Shown here: in pieces, positions 25,951 through 38,731 of the stretch | Numbering within the stretch: position 1 is the stretch's first letter | Layout of the letters: each line of letters opens with the position of its first letter | Assembly (NCBI GenBank): GCA_002104905.1 | Contig: MCFE01000422.1 | Coordinates: forward strand, 1 to 64,000 | DNA: 64,000 nt | Direction: 5' to 3' | Source of the DNA: Basidiobolus meristosporus CBS 931.73 | Lineage: Eukaryota > Fungi > Basidiobolomycota | The notes under the pieces: model-generated | What the model was told of the DNA's origin: nothing | Database searches by the model: none | Seen by the model: only the letters and a program-made list of their open reading frames with translations | Translations under genes and position numbers: made by a program

Positions 25951-26388
25951 ATTTACAAAAACGAACAACCACAGACAATCTTATCTGGCTGTGAAATAGA
26001 ATTTTATTCAACAATTTGAGCGAACGGGATTAAATGTATTCAAAAGTATGGTCCTAAATTCGAAGATTCTCTTTTGTATATTATCCTAGTTCATGCTACG
26101 TCATACATGTGGGAGTTTTTCTGACTCTCAAACCATGTTTCGCTCAAGTGCTTTTAATCAATATTGGCTTTGTGTCTGGTACCCAGGCAATACAATCCGG
26201 TTCTCGGGAAGTCCAAGGGAATCTCTTTGGGCCTCCCAAAGAGATGTCTAACCGTTCGAAGCGACATCGGTGAATACTCGACTCTTAAATAAAAGCTTTA
26301 TTCCTGAGGTTGCTGATGGGTAGCAATGTACAAAACCATCCAAGTGGTAAATCAATGCATGTGATTCACAAGTTCTCACTTGTAGGTG

Positions 26389-28288
26389 TTAAAATATATG
26401 AACAAAAAATGTATACCAGCTAATAGCGAGCAGAACCAATAGGACTCCTCCAAAGACGCGGTTCCAGTTAGACGTTTCGCCCTTCTTTTCTTCGATGTCT
26501 TTCTTGACTGTACCCTGGATATGCTCAGCACGCTTTTTGTCACTCATATCCAAGATGGAATGCCAGGTGGTTTTGTTGGTGATCCAGATGAGAACGCTAA
26601 GGATCAATGCAACGATCCCAAGTGCAACATAAAATTTCATCACGCTATCGTATTTGTCAGAGCCTCTGTCTTGAAGTCTTCCGGCAAAGATATCAAAGAT
26701 CGTATTGCCAATGTTGTTGGCACTTTTGTAAACTCCGAAGGCAGTTCCAACGGCATCCTTATTCAGGACTAAAGGTATACCAGAGAGCACGCACACCGGT
26801 CCGATACTCAAGGAGATAGAGAAGACAAGCATCCCAATGATGGGGTGAATTGACGTAAAGCCAAGTGTGTACATAGAAAAGAGGAATGTCAAGGATGACA
26901 TTATGACTGTTGATGATATAATGGCATTTAGTATATTGCGATAATTAAACTGGGGCCAGGAAATGTTACCTGACAGAGTTCTCTTTCCGAAGCCATCAAG
27001 AACATAACCCATGAATGGAGCAATGAAGATGGGAAGGAATTGGGCGAAACTGGCATAAAAACTGGCATGTCCTTCGTCGACGTTGAAGCGCCTCATAACC
27101 AACTCACTAATGAGAAATTTAGTATAGAAATCATGTATTATTCTGTTTGAGCACACATACCTATTTATGTGAAGGAACGTGGTCCACCCACTACCGATTA
27201 TGAAGTTCAACCAAATCATGATCCATACGATACCAGGGAAATAAAGAAGGCGTGAAAATTTGAACTCCTTCTTATTGCGAAGGCGCAACAACTCCTCGGA
27301 GTTTGTGCTCTCATTCGACGCCCTGACAATGATCACATACAGAATATTGATCAGCATGGAGAGGATGCACAGTACGGCGGATAGCTTGGGAGCAAAGAAT
27401 GAGATATACGTTAATCGTTCAATGGAAATAAAATGAGATGTACCCAAAATGCTGCCCCATAGAATCCGACTGCTTTGTTGAGGGGGACAGCAGTTACAAA
27501 GGCCAAGTATGAGGCCTGATAGAGATGTATTTAGCCATGTTTCTACAGTAAAGTAGGAGACTTGCTTTACCAATCGAGATGTTGCTATTTGAAGTCCAAG
27601 AGCTATAGCCAGTCCTTTTCCTCGGAACCAGTGACTTATAATTGTTTCCTGAATAATTACAATCGTGCCAGACCCGATCCTGCAATATAACAAATTAGAA
27701 AACCACGTAAGCATGTTTAGCCAAAAAAGTATTTTGATACCCATAAAGTATACGGCCAACAATCATTGTCGGGAAAGAAGAATATGAGGCTGAAAAGGCT
27801 ACGAATACGTTTCCGAGAGCAATTAACGTTGTGGAAAGGATTGAGCCCATGTTTGTGCCAAAGGCGTCAATAAACGCCCCACCAAGAATCGGCAGTACTG
27901 TATTGACTAGAGAGACGGAAGATTGAAGTACTCCATACTCAGAGTTGGATATCCCTAGCTCCTTTACATAGAGGTGTCGAGTTAGCGATGTTTGTTTCTG
28001 AGACTGGTAACAAGTATTCTTACTTCTTTAATTGTGTTTTTCAAAGCACCAAGCGTATGTGCGGCATAATGGCTACCCACTTGATCATAGTGAATAAAGT
28101 ATCTAGTAGGTCATAAATAAAATACACTAACCTGAGAGGAGTAGAGCACAAAGCAAGGCAATAGCTTTATATTTCCATGGTTTATCCTCAAAATTAGCTC
28201 CTTCCCCTAGCTGTCTATTACCGGAGGAACCGATAAGAGGCTGCGTTTCTGAAGACGTATTCGCCCGCTGACTTTCTGTGGAAGACAT
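26389..28288 (-). CDS. MFS transporter, MFSD1-like (many introns)
   Basis: Exon 1 MSSTESQRANTSSETQPLI...PWKYKAIALLCALLLS; GSGTIVIIQETIISHWFRGKGLAIALGLQIATSRL; MGYVLDGFGKR (motif A-like); GTAFGVYKSANNIG. Confidence 0.85.
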
Positions 28289-29488
28289 GGAAACCCACTT
28301 AAAACAGGGAAAAAAATAAGATAACGATGCTAACGAAAGCGAGGTATCATTTTATAGTCAGTCAGTCTAGAATGAGCTTTAAGAAAACGGTTGAACTACC
28401 TATAGGGATAGGTATACTCGTCCTATGATTTGATAATGACCCAATATATTGTCAATGCAGTTTATCAGATCGAGTACCAATCATCACTTCCTACACATCG
28501 CGGTGATTATCACCAATATGGAATATACGAATCAACATTCCTTCCAGCCATTCAACTCACTCCGAACAGCTCACTTTTAAGGAAAAAATCCAATTTGTGT
28601 GCATACCTGATCTTCCATCATACCCTGTGGCATAATGTACAACACCACCTAGCCCATCGGACATCTACTAGACCCCTTTATGTTTTGTACCGGTGGGAGT
28701 AAAAAACCTATTGTTGGAGCAAAAACTTCAAATGGGCAAAATACGTTCCATGCTTTGACGTGAAAGCACAGAAGGCTCTCCGAATGTTATCAGATCTTGA
28801 ATCTTCTCAGTCAAAATAGGCAATCTTTCATTCCGATCAACAATTATCAGATCCTCTAGCAATTATTGAGAAGGTATTTATCTACTTTAAATTATAATAG
28901 TATACAATATACGCATTTACAACATTTGGATGTGGTGTCGAAGAAGGTTACATCGTAAGGGATAAGCCTTAATGAGACTTGATTATTAAGCTAGACAATC
29001 TGTTACTTGGTAGATATTTATTCCGTCATTATGAGATCTTGCGGTAGGTAACTCTTGCTCCTTTCAACAGCTCAGTTGCTGGGAAGCATGGATCAAAGCG
29101 AACAGGTATGGATGCTTTCGTCATGATTTCCTAAACACGCCCAAATGCAGAAAACATCGCCAATATATGGGTCAGCTCTCAGATCGATTGACCTCCACAT
29201 TACTACACGGTCATATGTTGTAAAAAGAGTAACCGTTGCTGTTCATGCGATTTTCCAGCCGTTATTCATTTAATAAAAATATAATGAGTAGCTCACAGAT
29301 GCATTGAAAATTAATATAAAAAAGGATCACTCGTGAGGTGATGAGGCTAAAGCGTGGAAGAGAAATGAACTACAGTCTAAAGCAGATTAAAATCTATTCT
29401 AATTGATGTCGTTTGGTGGGGGGGGAAGGGATTTGTAACCCGCTGGCATGAAAACCAAATCAACCAAAAGTAATCCCTGAATGGTGTA

Positions 29489-30969
29489 TTATACAGCAGC
29501 AGCAGTAGCTGCAGTAGGCTCCTCATCACCATTAGATGTAGCCTCGGTAATCTTGGCACTTTTAGATTTCTTGTAATTGTGGGTCTCGCATTGATGGCAA
29601 GTTTCATTCTTTCGACAGCATTGCTTGCAGGATTGGAATGGGCACTTGACAGAAGCTACATTCTTGCAATGGCTACAAAGTCCCTCTCTAATCTTCTTTG
29701 GCTTGGGGTTCTTTTTTGGAGATTCGTTATCCAATGGCTTTCTCTTTAACGACTGGTCGTCCTCGTTAGCGGCTTCGGGGGCTTTCACTGTTGGCTCGCT
29801 TTTGGGCTCAGGAAGTGGAGGTCGGAAATAAGGCTGACACAACCAATGAGGAATATTTAGAGTTCCGTCTTCATTAGTAGTAATCTCACTAGGAGTATTC
29901 TTGGCAGTTTCTTCCAATCGTCGTTTCAACTCTTGAACAATCTTTTCGAACTCTTCAATGGTTTTAACCTTTCCTAATTGCTCGCGCATATCCGTATGGA
30001 TATGAAGACAGGGGCGGAAGATTTTGAATAAATGGGGGCGAATCATGTGGGTCTTTGTGGGAATCTCCTTGCAGATATCAAGATACTCTTGCGCCATTTG
30101 CCATACAGGTAACAGTTTTCCAGAAAACAATGCTGGGTTGTATAAATTTCCTTCAGCAGACATAACTCCATTGGCACCAGTATAGTCTAGACATTTCTGA
30201 ACGTCTTCGTGGTATAAAATATTGCCATTGGCAAAAACGGGAACAGAAACAGCCTCACGGACAAGTTTGATTTGCTCCCAGTCAGCCAAACCTGTCTTGT
30301 GGCCCTTTTGCTCACGCAAACGCCCATGAACAGTAAGAAGCTGAGCACCTGCATCAACCAACATTTTAGCGTACTCAATGGTCTTGTTTACATCCGGGAA
30401 GATTCGGATTTTGCAAGTGACGGGAATTGAGAGCTCTTTGTGTAGCAGGGAAACTATTGAAAGAGTTAGTAATCCTATTAAAGAAAAGCATAATATATAG
30501 CAATACATACCCATTCGTTTCAGCAGATCCCAGTCTTCCATCAAAAATGACCCATAGTGTCCCCTTTTGGCAATATGCTGAGGACAACCAATATTTAGAT
30601 CAACGGCGTCACACTTGTCTTGAACCAAAAGGGCTGCCTTGAGTAGAGTTTCCGGGTCATTGGCACAAAATTGCACTACTAACGGACGGTCTTGGGGGCT
30701 GGTAGTGAATTGTTCGTCTCGATAGTGCTGACTCTCTGAAAAAAGTCTAGCATGGAACATGGGTGTATAGCAAAGGTCTGCGCCATATCTACGGCTAAGT
30801 ACACGCCAGGCCTGCCGATCAGAGAATACAGGTTAAACCTATGAAGTACTGTGGCTTCCTATAAGAAATATACCTCTTCAGATTGATCTACCATCGGAGC
30901 AACAACATATTTTGCACTCTTCAGGGATTTCTCCCAAAATTCGAAACCGGTTGGCTTTTGAATGGTCAT
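29489..30969 (-). CDS. DUS1: tRNA-dihydrouridine(16/17) synthase Dus1 (3 exons) with C-terminal Cys-rich domain
   Basis: [32 protein letters not shown]|[24 protein letters not shown]; [13 protein letters not shown]; [21 protein letters not shown]; LTVHGR; ANGNI. Confidence 0.95.
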
Positions 30970-31774
30970 CCTGGACGTTGATACCTAGTGAGGGGGCTCC
31001 ACAAGAGATGGGATTTATGTATATTTCAGAAATACTGCACTTGGAAAAAAAAGCATGATACTGGTCATGAGATTCCAAAATCATTGGTGAGTATTTGTAT
31101 TCCAGAATCCCCAAAAAAAGTGGAAGGTTTGGACCAATTACTACATAAAGGAATACTGGAAGATATTCGACCAGATTGATTGCGGATGGATACTCAAGAG
31201 TAGATTTAACGTTAACTGATTTCAAATCTGGATAGTTTAAATGGCGTAGATCAGCAGTCATTATAAACCATCTCTACCCGCACCTTGACAAGTCGGATGG
31301 TTTGAGGCATTGTGTGAAAGTCAATGGTCTCCCAGTTAGAAGCCATTTGTAATTGGAGCTAATTCCTACGCTCCGATCACATTGGTTGGCTTTTCCTTTC
31401 TAAATAAAGTCATAATGAATGATACTTAGGGTTAGATCTTCTTGTGTGAGATTAATTTCCAATTGATGGAAGCTATTTTCCACCTCGCTTGTGCTTCTAT
31501 CTTCAGATATCACGTGCGCAGGAAACCTGGACCACCAATGATTAGGGTCATGCTACTGCTGGCTATTAAGCATGTCGTTGGAAGTACATGTATTATTGTT
31601 AATTTACCATATATTCTTGCCTCACAGCAAAGCCTCTAAGCCCAACTATATTTTAATAGAGTTACAAATTCATAGCCTGGACGCATACAACTAACTAGAG
31701 CAGCGTATAGTTGGCAAAGCATATCCTTAAAGTGGGTGACTTGAGCCTAAACACATTTTTTCGAAGTGAACAAT

Positions 31775-32710
31775 ATGTTATCCAAGGAAACGAATTTACA
31801 AACTGATCGGTACTTCTACAACGCAACGATTTCTAAATCATTCTCAAGGGACTAGTATTTACTTCAACCTATTGTAGTCATTTCGATTTGACTATTGTTC
31901 AGCAGCCAGATAATGGATGCGCTTGTGGAGATGACACTAGAGACCGCGTACCCCTTGATCCTCCTTTTATTGTCCAATTGGTAATACGTGATGGGCATGG
32001 AAATGAATTACCTTGGTAATGTCTGCATTGGCTAAACTTATATCGGTGCCTTTATGCCTTTCTTTGCCTGACTTTAGATAATTCGATATTCTATACTCCT
32101 CTGCACATTGAGATACTAATGCGGGCATTGCTTAATTGTTTATATCCTTTTGCATGGACATCGACATACCTTGTAGTGGAGAAGATATTCCCTTTCTGGT
32201 GGCTCACGTTAGCTTGTGGTCAGAAGATGGCTCTGAGCCTCGTGATATTATTCAAAGCGCAGAGGGAGCCACTAGATTGTTGTTGGGATCTTCCGCCTCC
32301 TCCGTAAACACCTGTGCTGATCCAGAGTCCGAGCTGAGGCAGGCCTCATACTTTGTCTTTGGTGATCTTTCTGTGCGTGTTAGCGGAAAATATCGACTAG
32401 GAGTATCCTTAGCCAACATCAAAGGGTAAGACCATGACACAATTCCGGTTTGTTAGATTGACTAATAACTTAGTGCCAATAGAAACCTGCTAATGCGACA
32501 GGGTCCAACTACAACTATAGCCTCGGTGCTCTCGGAAGCATTTGTAGTCAAGGAGAAGTACGAGTATACCGGGTTTGGAGGTTTGTTGTCATTTCGTTCG
32601 AATTAGTATTCGATTTATTAAAGCCAAGCCTGTTGCCAGAGCCAACGCCAATAACCATTCGATTGGCCTCACAAGGTGTAAGATCATTAGCTGGATTTAG
32701 AGCACAATAG
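31775..32710 (+). CDS. Velvet-domain regulator, divergent (about 5 exons)
   Basis: Spliced: HFDLTIVQQPDNGCACGDDTRDRVPLDPPFIVQL...FLVAHVSLWSEDG...LLGSSASS...YFVFGDLSVRVSGKYRL...VLSEAFVV...PTPITIRLASQG. All velvet blocks are present and in order. Confidence 0.85.
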
Positions 32711-33894
32711 CCCTCTAGTCCAGCACCAAATTCTTAATAAATTCTAACAGTAGACGCCTTTTACATAATTGCCAAGCCTTTGAAGTCAAGTCGATTCCTG
32801 CGCAAGTAACAATGGTTAATCAACATTTGGTAATTGGTGGTAAATTGGTTGAGCTTATATTTATTATCTATTAATCGGTGGCCAAGCAATCATGGTTCAG
32901 TGCTCATCAGTATAGATTTGTATCTGATCTGTAATAAAACCCCGTGCTGTAAACATATGTTGGCATCTTGTATTTACCAAAGCAACCGAGTATGATCGAG
33001 GCATTCATTTAGTACACTACTATCATTGCTTGGCAATCACCCAAGTCCCCTGATTGAAAAACAAGGGCCGAAGGAGATCCAAGTCTGCATTACGTAATAG
33101 AGGTGCGGCAGTCAACTGAAATGAAACCTCTGGAATATCTGGAACGCGTAGCTTTATTATGTGTTACTCGAGATTCGCTTCGCTTTCGGCAAAGCCTAAG
33201 CATGGCAATTATAATCGAATAAACATTGAAACGGCAGTTGATCCAAGTAATAATAGCAATAGAACCCCAGAGATCGATGAGGTGTTTCGAAATCTCACCT
33301 CAAGGAAAGGTAATCCAATCATTTCGACGAATCACTGGTAACTGATTGGCTTCATGTGATTAGCACCAATGTCATACAATCATTCAACAAACTGTAACCA
33401 TTGACCAGAGCACATTGCCCTGAAATCCTGGCTTCAGTGGTAATTTCTTGGCTAGTCGTGGGATGAGGTAAGCGTTTTGCTGCCCCTCTGTAGATTTCAT
33501 TGTGCAAAATATATGATTATCCATATTGACATAATGGGAGATGCGTGGTGAATATGGTATGAGTATGTGATCACAGGTTACTCTGTGAAACAGACAGTCT
33601 GATAACTAAGATCAAACGTTGATCGATAGAGACACATTGGTCAGTATCCCATTCATGTATCGAGACAATCCTAACTGTCAAAGGATTGACGAGAATATAT
33701 TTACCAGGTTGCTCCAGGATGCGAACTTGCTTGATCGTTTCTTTTTTTTCGTGCACATCATCTCTAACATCGACTCAAACTGTCTGGGAGTGGAATCATC
33801 TAACAATACGTTTTATTCACCCTGCCGATTTCCTTGAATGGAGGCTTTGCTATAATTGATATCCTTAATCCAGCCTTTGCCTCATAGCTTCAAC

Positions 33895-34513
33895 ATGGTT
33901 TCTATACTTCGAGGTTACCCTATTCCCATTGTAGTTATTCTGCTTCAATGTGTGATATTCGGGTACATTTCGTTCGTTTATTACAAAGAGCTACCCGACC
34001 CTGTCCCTACACGATTCTCCAATCAGGAGGGGACTAGCTTCCAGACGAAACACAAATTCTTCTCCATACATATCACAATCTTCTACTTAATCACCTTTAT
34101 CTTTATGTTTGCTGGGGTCATAGTGGCTACCAGACTGCCTGCAAAACATCTCAAAGTCCCCGGAAAAGAGAATTGGCTTGGTATTCAGGAGCGAGAGAAA
34201 ATAGTCAAAGTCCTCACTTCCAAATATTGTCTGTGGATCACTGTTTTCACAGCCCAGTTTCTTTTAGAGCTGAATACACTTCTGTATGAGGTAAGCCCAG
34301 CACCCACTTTGGTCTTAAGCTAAATCACCTAAACCACTTCCTGAACTCTAGCTATCGCTTAGGAAGAGTAATGAGCTATTCTGGTTTTTTTGGGTATTTC
34401 TATGTATATATTTAGTCGAAATCATCATCACTACTTTGATTGGATATTTCAAGATACGCTCAATAGGAAATCTGCAAGAAATCGAGGACTTTCAGCCATC
34501 TTTTTTTATTTAA
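33895..34513 (+). CDS. 185-aa four-TM protein with bacterial-type DUF1648 motif (2 exons)
   Basis: TM1 followed by YYKELPDPVPTRFSNQEGTSFQTK (DUF1648-like Y..LP..vP.hF...G......K), then TM2 and LPAKHLKVPGKENWL; intron 34291-34351 (GTAAGC...CTCTAG); exon 2 encodes TM4 FWFFWVFLCIYLVEIIITTLIGYF. Confidence 0.72.
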
Positions 34514-35749
34514 TTTCAAAGTGGACGTCCTACATATCAGATGTCGCGCTTCCAAGCATCAAACATTTTGTAAATTCTTCACGAGAATACTTTATTCTTC
34601 ATGACAGTCAAAGTCCTTGCTGCCTATCCCTCACTTCAAAGTTGTTGTGTATATCCCCAAAAGTGGCTTCACACCCCCTAATTTATTGTGATTTTGTAGC
34701 CGTATCTTGGCCACTATCACATTTCTATTAAAAAGCTAATAAATGTTGGCGTAGACTTGAACGATAACACCCATCCGCAAAATGATGTGCTATTGTTGGG
34801 GTGGTGCACTGGTAATGCTGTAGGATGTACAAAAGTAGGTTACATCCACTAGAATGAAGCTAATAGCCTATAACTGTGTAGGTGATTTCCATTCGAGCGT
34901 TTTCTGAGGACATACTTGCCCAGTGTGGTATGGGGCTATTCAATACTTATTGTAGATATATCGAATCTTATCTCAAGTACTATTACACACATGGTCATTC
35001 CCAGTAGGATGCAAGAACGATACATACGACGAATCTATTGATTACAGCTGCCATCGTGCATTGCAACCGAATTACTCAATTGTTTATTCCTAACAATGAT
35101 CCAAGGTAGCTTCGTTAAAGCAACGTAACGTTTTAAAATAATAGTTTAGAACATGAAACGAAAATTGCTTACAAGCTGAGATGGTGAGGCTTTGTTTCAT
35201 ATTCACCAACGCCAATATACTCCTTGCTCCTGAACCTCGTCAGGGTTTTGCCTTTGCTGACTATTAGGTACCTGATTTTGGGCGAAAGGTAATGCAATTT
35301 ATGCTCTAGTTGAACGTGTATGCAAAATCCTAACTGGATACTAGCGTATTAATACGTTGGAGTAACTCTCCAACAGTACTATATGTTCTTATGCTATAAT
35401 ACTTTCAACGTGCAGTGCTCCGCAGTTGGAAGCATGTAACTATATGCAAATGCATACAGTCGAATCATATACGGATATGATACATGAAATGGAGTTACGG
35501 CAAGCAACAGTTGTATCAGAATGAGTGCCTCAGCTTTTTCCGAGTACTTTTGTGAGCCTGCTAAAATCATAATTGTTTCTAGAGAAGTAATATATTACTA
35601 TCTTTAGGTAACAATATTTCTCTTGGTTGTCCTTCAGTAGTCCCTTGGGTACCAAGTTTGATTTACTAGAGAGGTCTCGACGTGTTCATAAATTCAAAAT
35701 AGAGTTTCGTAAATCCCTTGTGGCTGGTCATTGTTAACACCGTTCCAAA

Positions 35750-37056
35750 ATGCTCATACAGTTTTCTCATTTGCTCAAGAATTCAACTTCAAGATCGGGT
35801 ACAGTCTTCCCAACTAGCTGCTCGAAAGCAGATATTGATGATACCAATTCCGCCGCAATTATTTCGTCAAAGAGCTCACCAACTTTAATTAGCGATAGTA
35901 GCTCAAGTTGTAGTGATTCAGATATAGAATCGATAGACCTAAATAGCAGTTTCCTGCTCGCTCCGAGCATCGTACCAACACCAGGTTTTCTAGAAACAGC
36001 GACCTTCACAGAAAAGACAGACTCCTTGCCTACTACAGAATTTTACTCAGATTCGGAATTTTGGAGCTGTGTTATCAAGGATTACCCCTTGATGTTAACT
36101 CGTTACCGTTACAAGGTTGCCCATAAGATTTATCGTGGAATCCCTAAAGAACATAGAGGATTGGTTTGGCAGACAATGTCACAATCAAGGACTACGTATC
36201 TAGATACTTTGTATCTACAATTACTCGAAGAAAAATCCCCTTTTGAAGCCGACATACAACTGGACTTACCAAGAACATTTCCGCGGCTAGAGATGTTTCA
36301 AAAGAAAGCGGGGGAAGGACAGACACGTCTGTTTAATGTGTTGAAGGCGTATTCTGTTTACGATCCAGAGATTGGCTATGCACAAGGTCTTGGCTATATT
36401 GTGGCAGTCCTACTTATTCATGTAAGTTAAACAGAACAGTGTATTCTATTCACTCAAATAACACGAAGCGGTAGATGACCGAAAGCGAGGCCTTTAGCGT
36501 ATTCGTAAGGTACGTAATTCGAAACTATCTTTTGGCTAGAAAACAACCTCACAAAAGCCTTATTTACATCAACAGACTCATGCAATCTCTGGATCTTAGA
36601 GAAATGTTTCTTGTGGATTTGGAAAAATTAGAGTGTAGAAACTATCAATTCCGGTGTCTGCTAACAAGCCATTTTCCAAAACTTGTAAAACACCTTGACA
36701 CGTACAACGTTCGCACTGCGATGTACACAACCTCCTGGTTCCTGACTCTCTTTACCAATCTCCTTCCGCTCCCAGTAATATTTCGTATGTTAGACGTGAT
36801 GCTGTTGGAAGGGATAACAGTTACAGTGATGCGTATGGGGCTAGCACTAATCCATCAAAATTCACAAAAGTTGTTGAACTTGAAGGATTATCACGAATTA
36901 ATGAATGTGCTAACAAACACTATGTTTGACTTCCCAACAGACAAGGTTGAGGAGCTCATACAGGCCATCCAGTTGTTTACCAGTGTTACTGAGGAAGAGT
37001 TGAGTACACTATCCAGGCGCCATAGATTATTAAGGAACGTATTCATCAAGCGATAA
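35750..37056 (+). CDS. TBC-domain Rab GTPase-activating protein (Evi5/Gyp5-like, 3 exons)
   Basis: GIPKEHRGLVWQ, IQLDLPRTFP (IxxDxxR), LFNVLKAYSVYDPEIGYAQG (YxQ), MYTTSWFLTLF. Confidence 0.9.
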
Positions 37057-37549
37057 ATCATCAAGATACGGTATACATTGGACGCCCAACTTGAAATGCT
37101 ATTTTTGGAGTACTTAGAATTTTACCCAACGTCTATTGGCAGCTCTCGGACATCCCTATTTTTATACACTATCAAGCAAGCGAAATTCAAAGATCCCGAT
37201 GGCTACTAGCCTCGTGTGCAATAAATCAAATTAACCAGTAATTTTCCATTTCTTGATGCACGCTATATGCTATCAGAAATGTCACTCCTTTGGAGATAAT
37301 AGCAAAACAAATGCCTAAAATTCCTATTGTCAATGGTAAAAGCCTGTTATCTGATTTGAGTGGATCGTTTTGAAACCATCTACTTTTGGAATGAATCAAT
37401 TGGCTACAATATGTACAAGGCGGTTTACCCACAAATCAAGCTGACTATTTCCTTGTTTGCCTGGAGAGAACGGCTCTATATTTAGTGCTGGCCTGGGATT
37501 TGTTCAACTATATATAAGCAGTCTTTGCACTTAACAACGCTTGAAAAAG

Positions 37550-38434
37550 ATGAAGTCGATTGAATACTTCATATGGCTGTGGATAACCCTAATTCCCACT
37601 TTGGCCCTGCTCCTGCAAAACCCCCCATCAAAGGATAATCTGCGCCCTGAAGATATAGTGATTGTAATGGCATGGGACGAAAAAGTACAACAATCATGGT
37701 TGCCACGATCTCTAAATAACAAACGGCTGTATGCCGATCGTCATGGATATGAGTACCTTATGACCAACGTGACCAGCCATGCAAATGGAAAAGCCCCTGT
37801 AAGTTGAGATAAATTGCACATCTTCTTGTCCCCCCACTAATGGTCCATGTTTTATTAGAGCTGGTACAAAATCGAGGCGTTGTACAACGCGTTTAGGCAA
37901 CACCCAGACAAGCAATGGTTCTGGTGGCTAGATATAGATACACTGATTATGGAATTAGATGTGCGAGTAGAAGATCTATTAGCGAAGGAGATAGAACAAA
38001 CCTCGACAAGCACGAAGGATATCTTGATTTCGTGGGATTGTTTTGGGTTAACTATGGGAAGCTTCATGTTACGTAACACCGACTGGAACAGACGGCTGTT
38101 GTTTAGAATGAAGGAATCATTGCCCCCAGGTAGTGACAAAGTCATGTTTGGAGAACAGCGCTACCTTCAGTCAATCTTCAACCTGGGTGAAGATATGGCA
38201 GAGAAGTTTTACTTCATCCCGCCAAGGAAAATCTCCGCTGCATTACAACGACCCTGCGAACTATACGACAAAAATTCTCGTGAAATTTACGACTTTCAGC
38301 GGGGCGATTTTCTGATCCACTTCTCCGGATGTGGTGCAGAAGGCTGCGAAACCGCTCTAGACTTTTACTGGAATGGTATCACTTACCAAATGAACGTCAC
38401 CTCTCCCCACTGGAATAAACACCCAGATATTTGA
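37550..38434 (+). CDS. GT34 glycosyltransferase (Gma12/Mnn10 family), 2 exons
   Basis: N-terminal signal-anchor; NKRLYADRHGYEY; SWYKI...QWFWWLDIDTLIM (DxD); ISWDCFGLTMGSFMLRN; EQRYL; GDFLIHFSGC. Confidence 0.88.
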
Positions 38435-38731
38435 TTGCAGAATACTCCCCAGCGTGATCCGCTGATTAGCACTCATACATCCATACATATCAAATACATG
38501 TATATCAATACAATTTATTGCTGATCATTTGAGTTCATGAAGTGGCTACTGTTTCAAAGAAGCCATCCTGATGTATAAGTCGACTAAATTGTGTAGTTGA
38601 ACGCTGTTCTAACAAGCTGAGACTAAAAGAAATGTTTCACTTGAGCGGAATTCAACTGTATATTCCTTAAAACAATGGAGCCTTTGTACCAAAATCCCCT
38701 TATGCAAACAGAATTACTGATGCGTGTGAAT

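Noticed and set aside
26389-27762. 457-aa ORF read as one exon
   Set aside because: It reads through several GT-AG introns and part of an exon in the wrong frame; the true MFS protein needs splicing and starts at 28288.
32142-32151. ATATCCTTTT (AT-AC donor-like) in the velvet gene
   Set aside because: It lies inside a GT-AG intron whose removal is in frame; no U12 branch point or AC acceptor fits.
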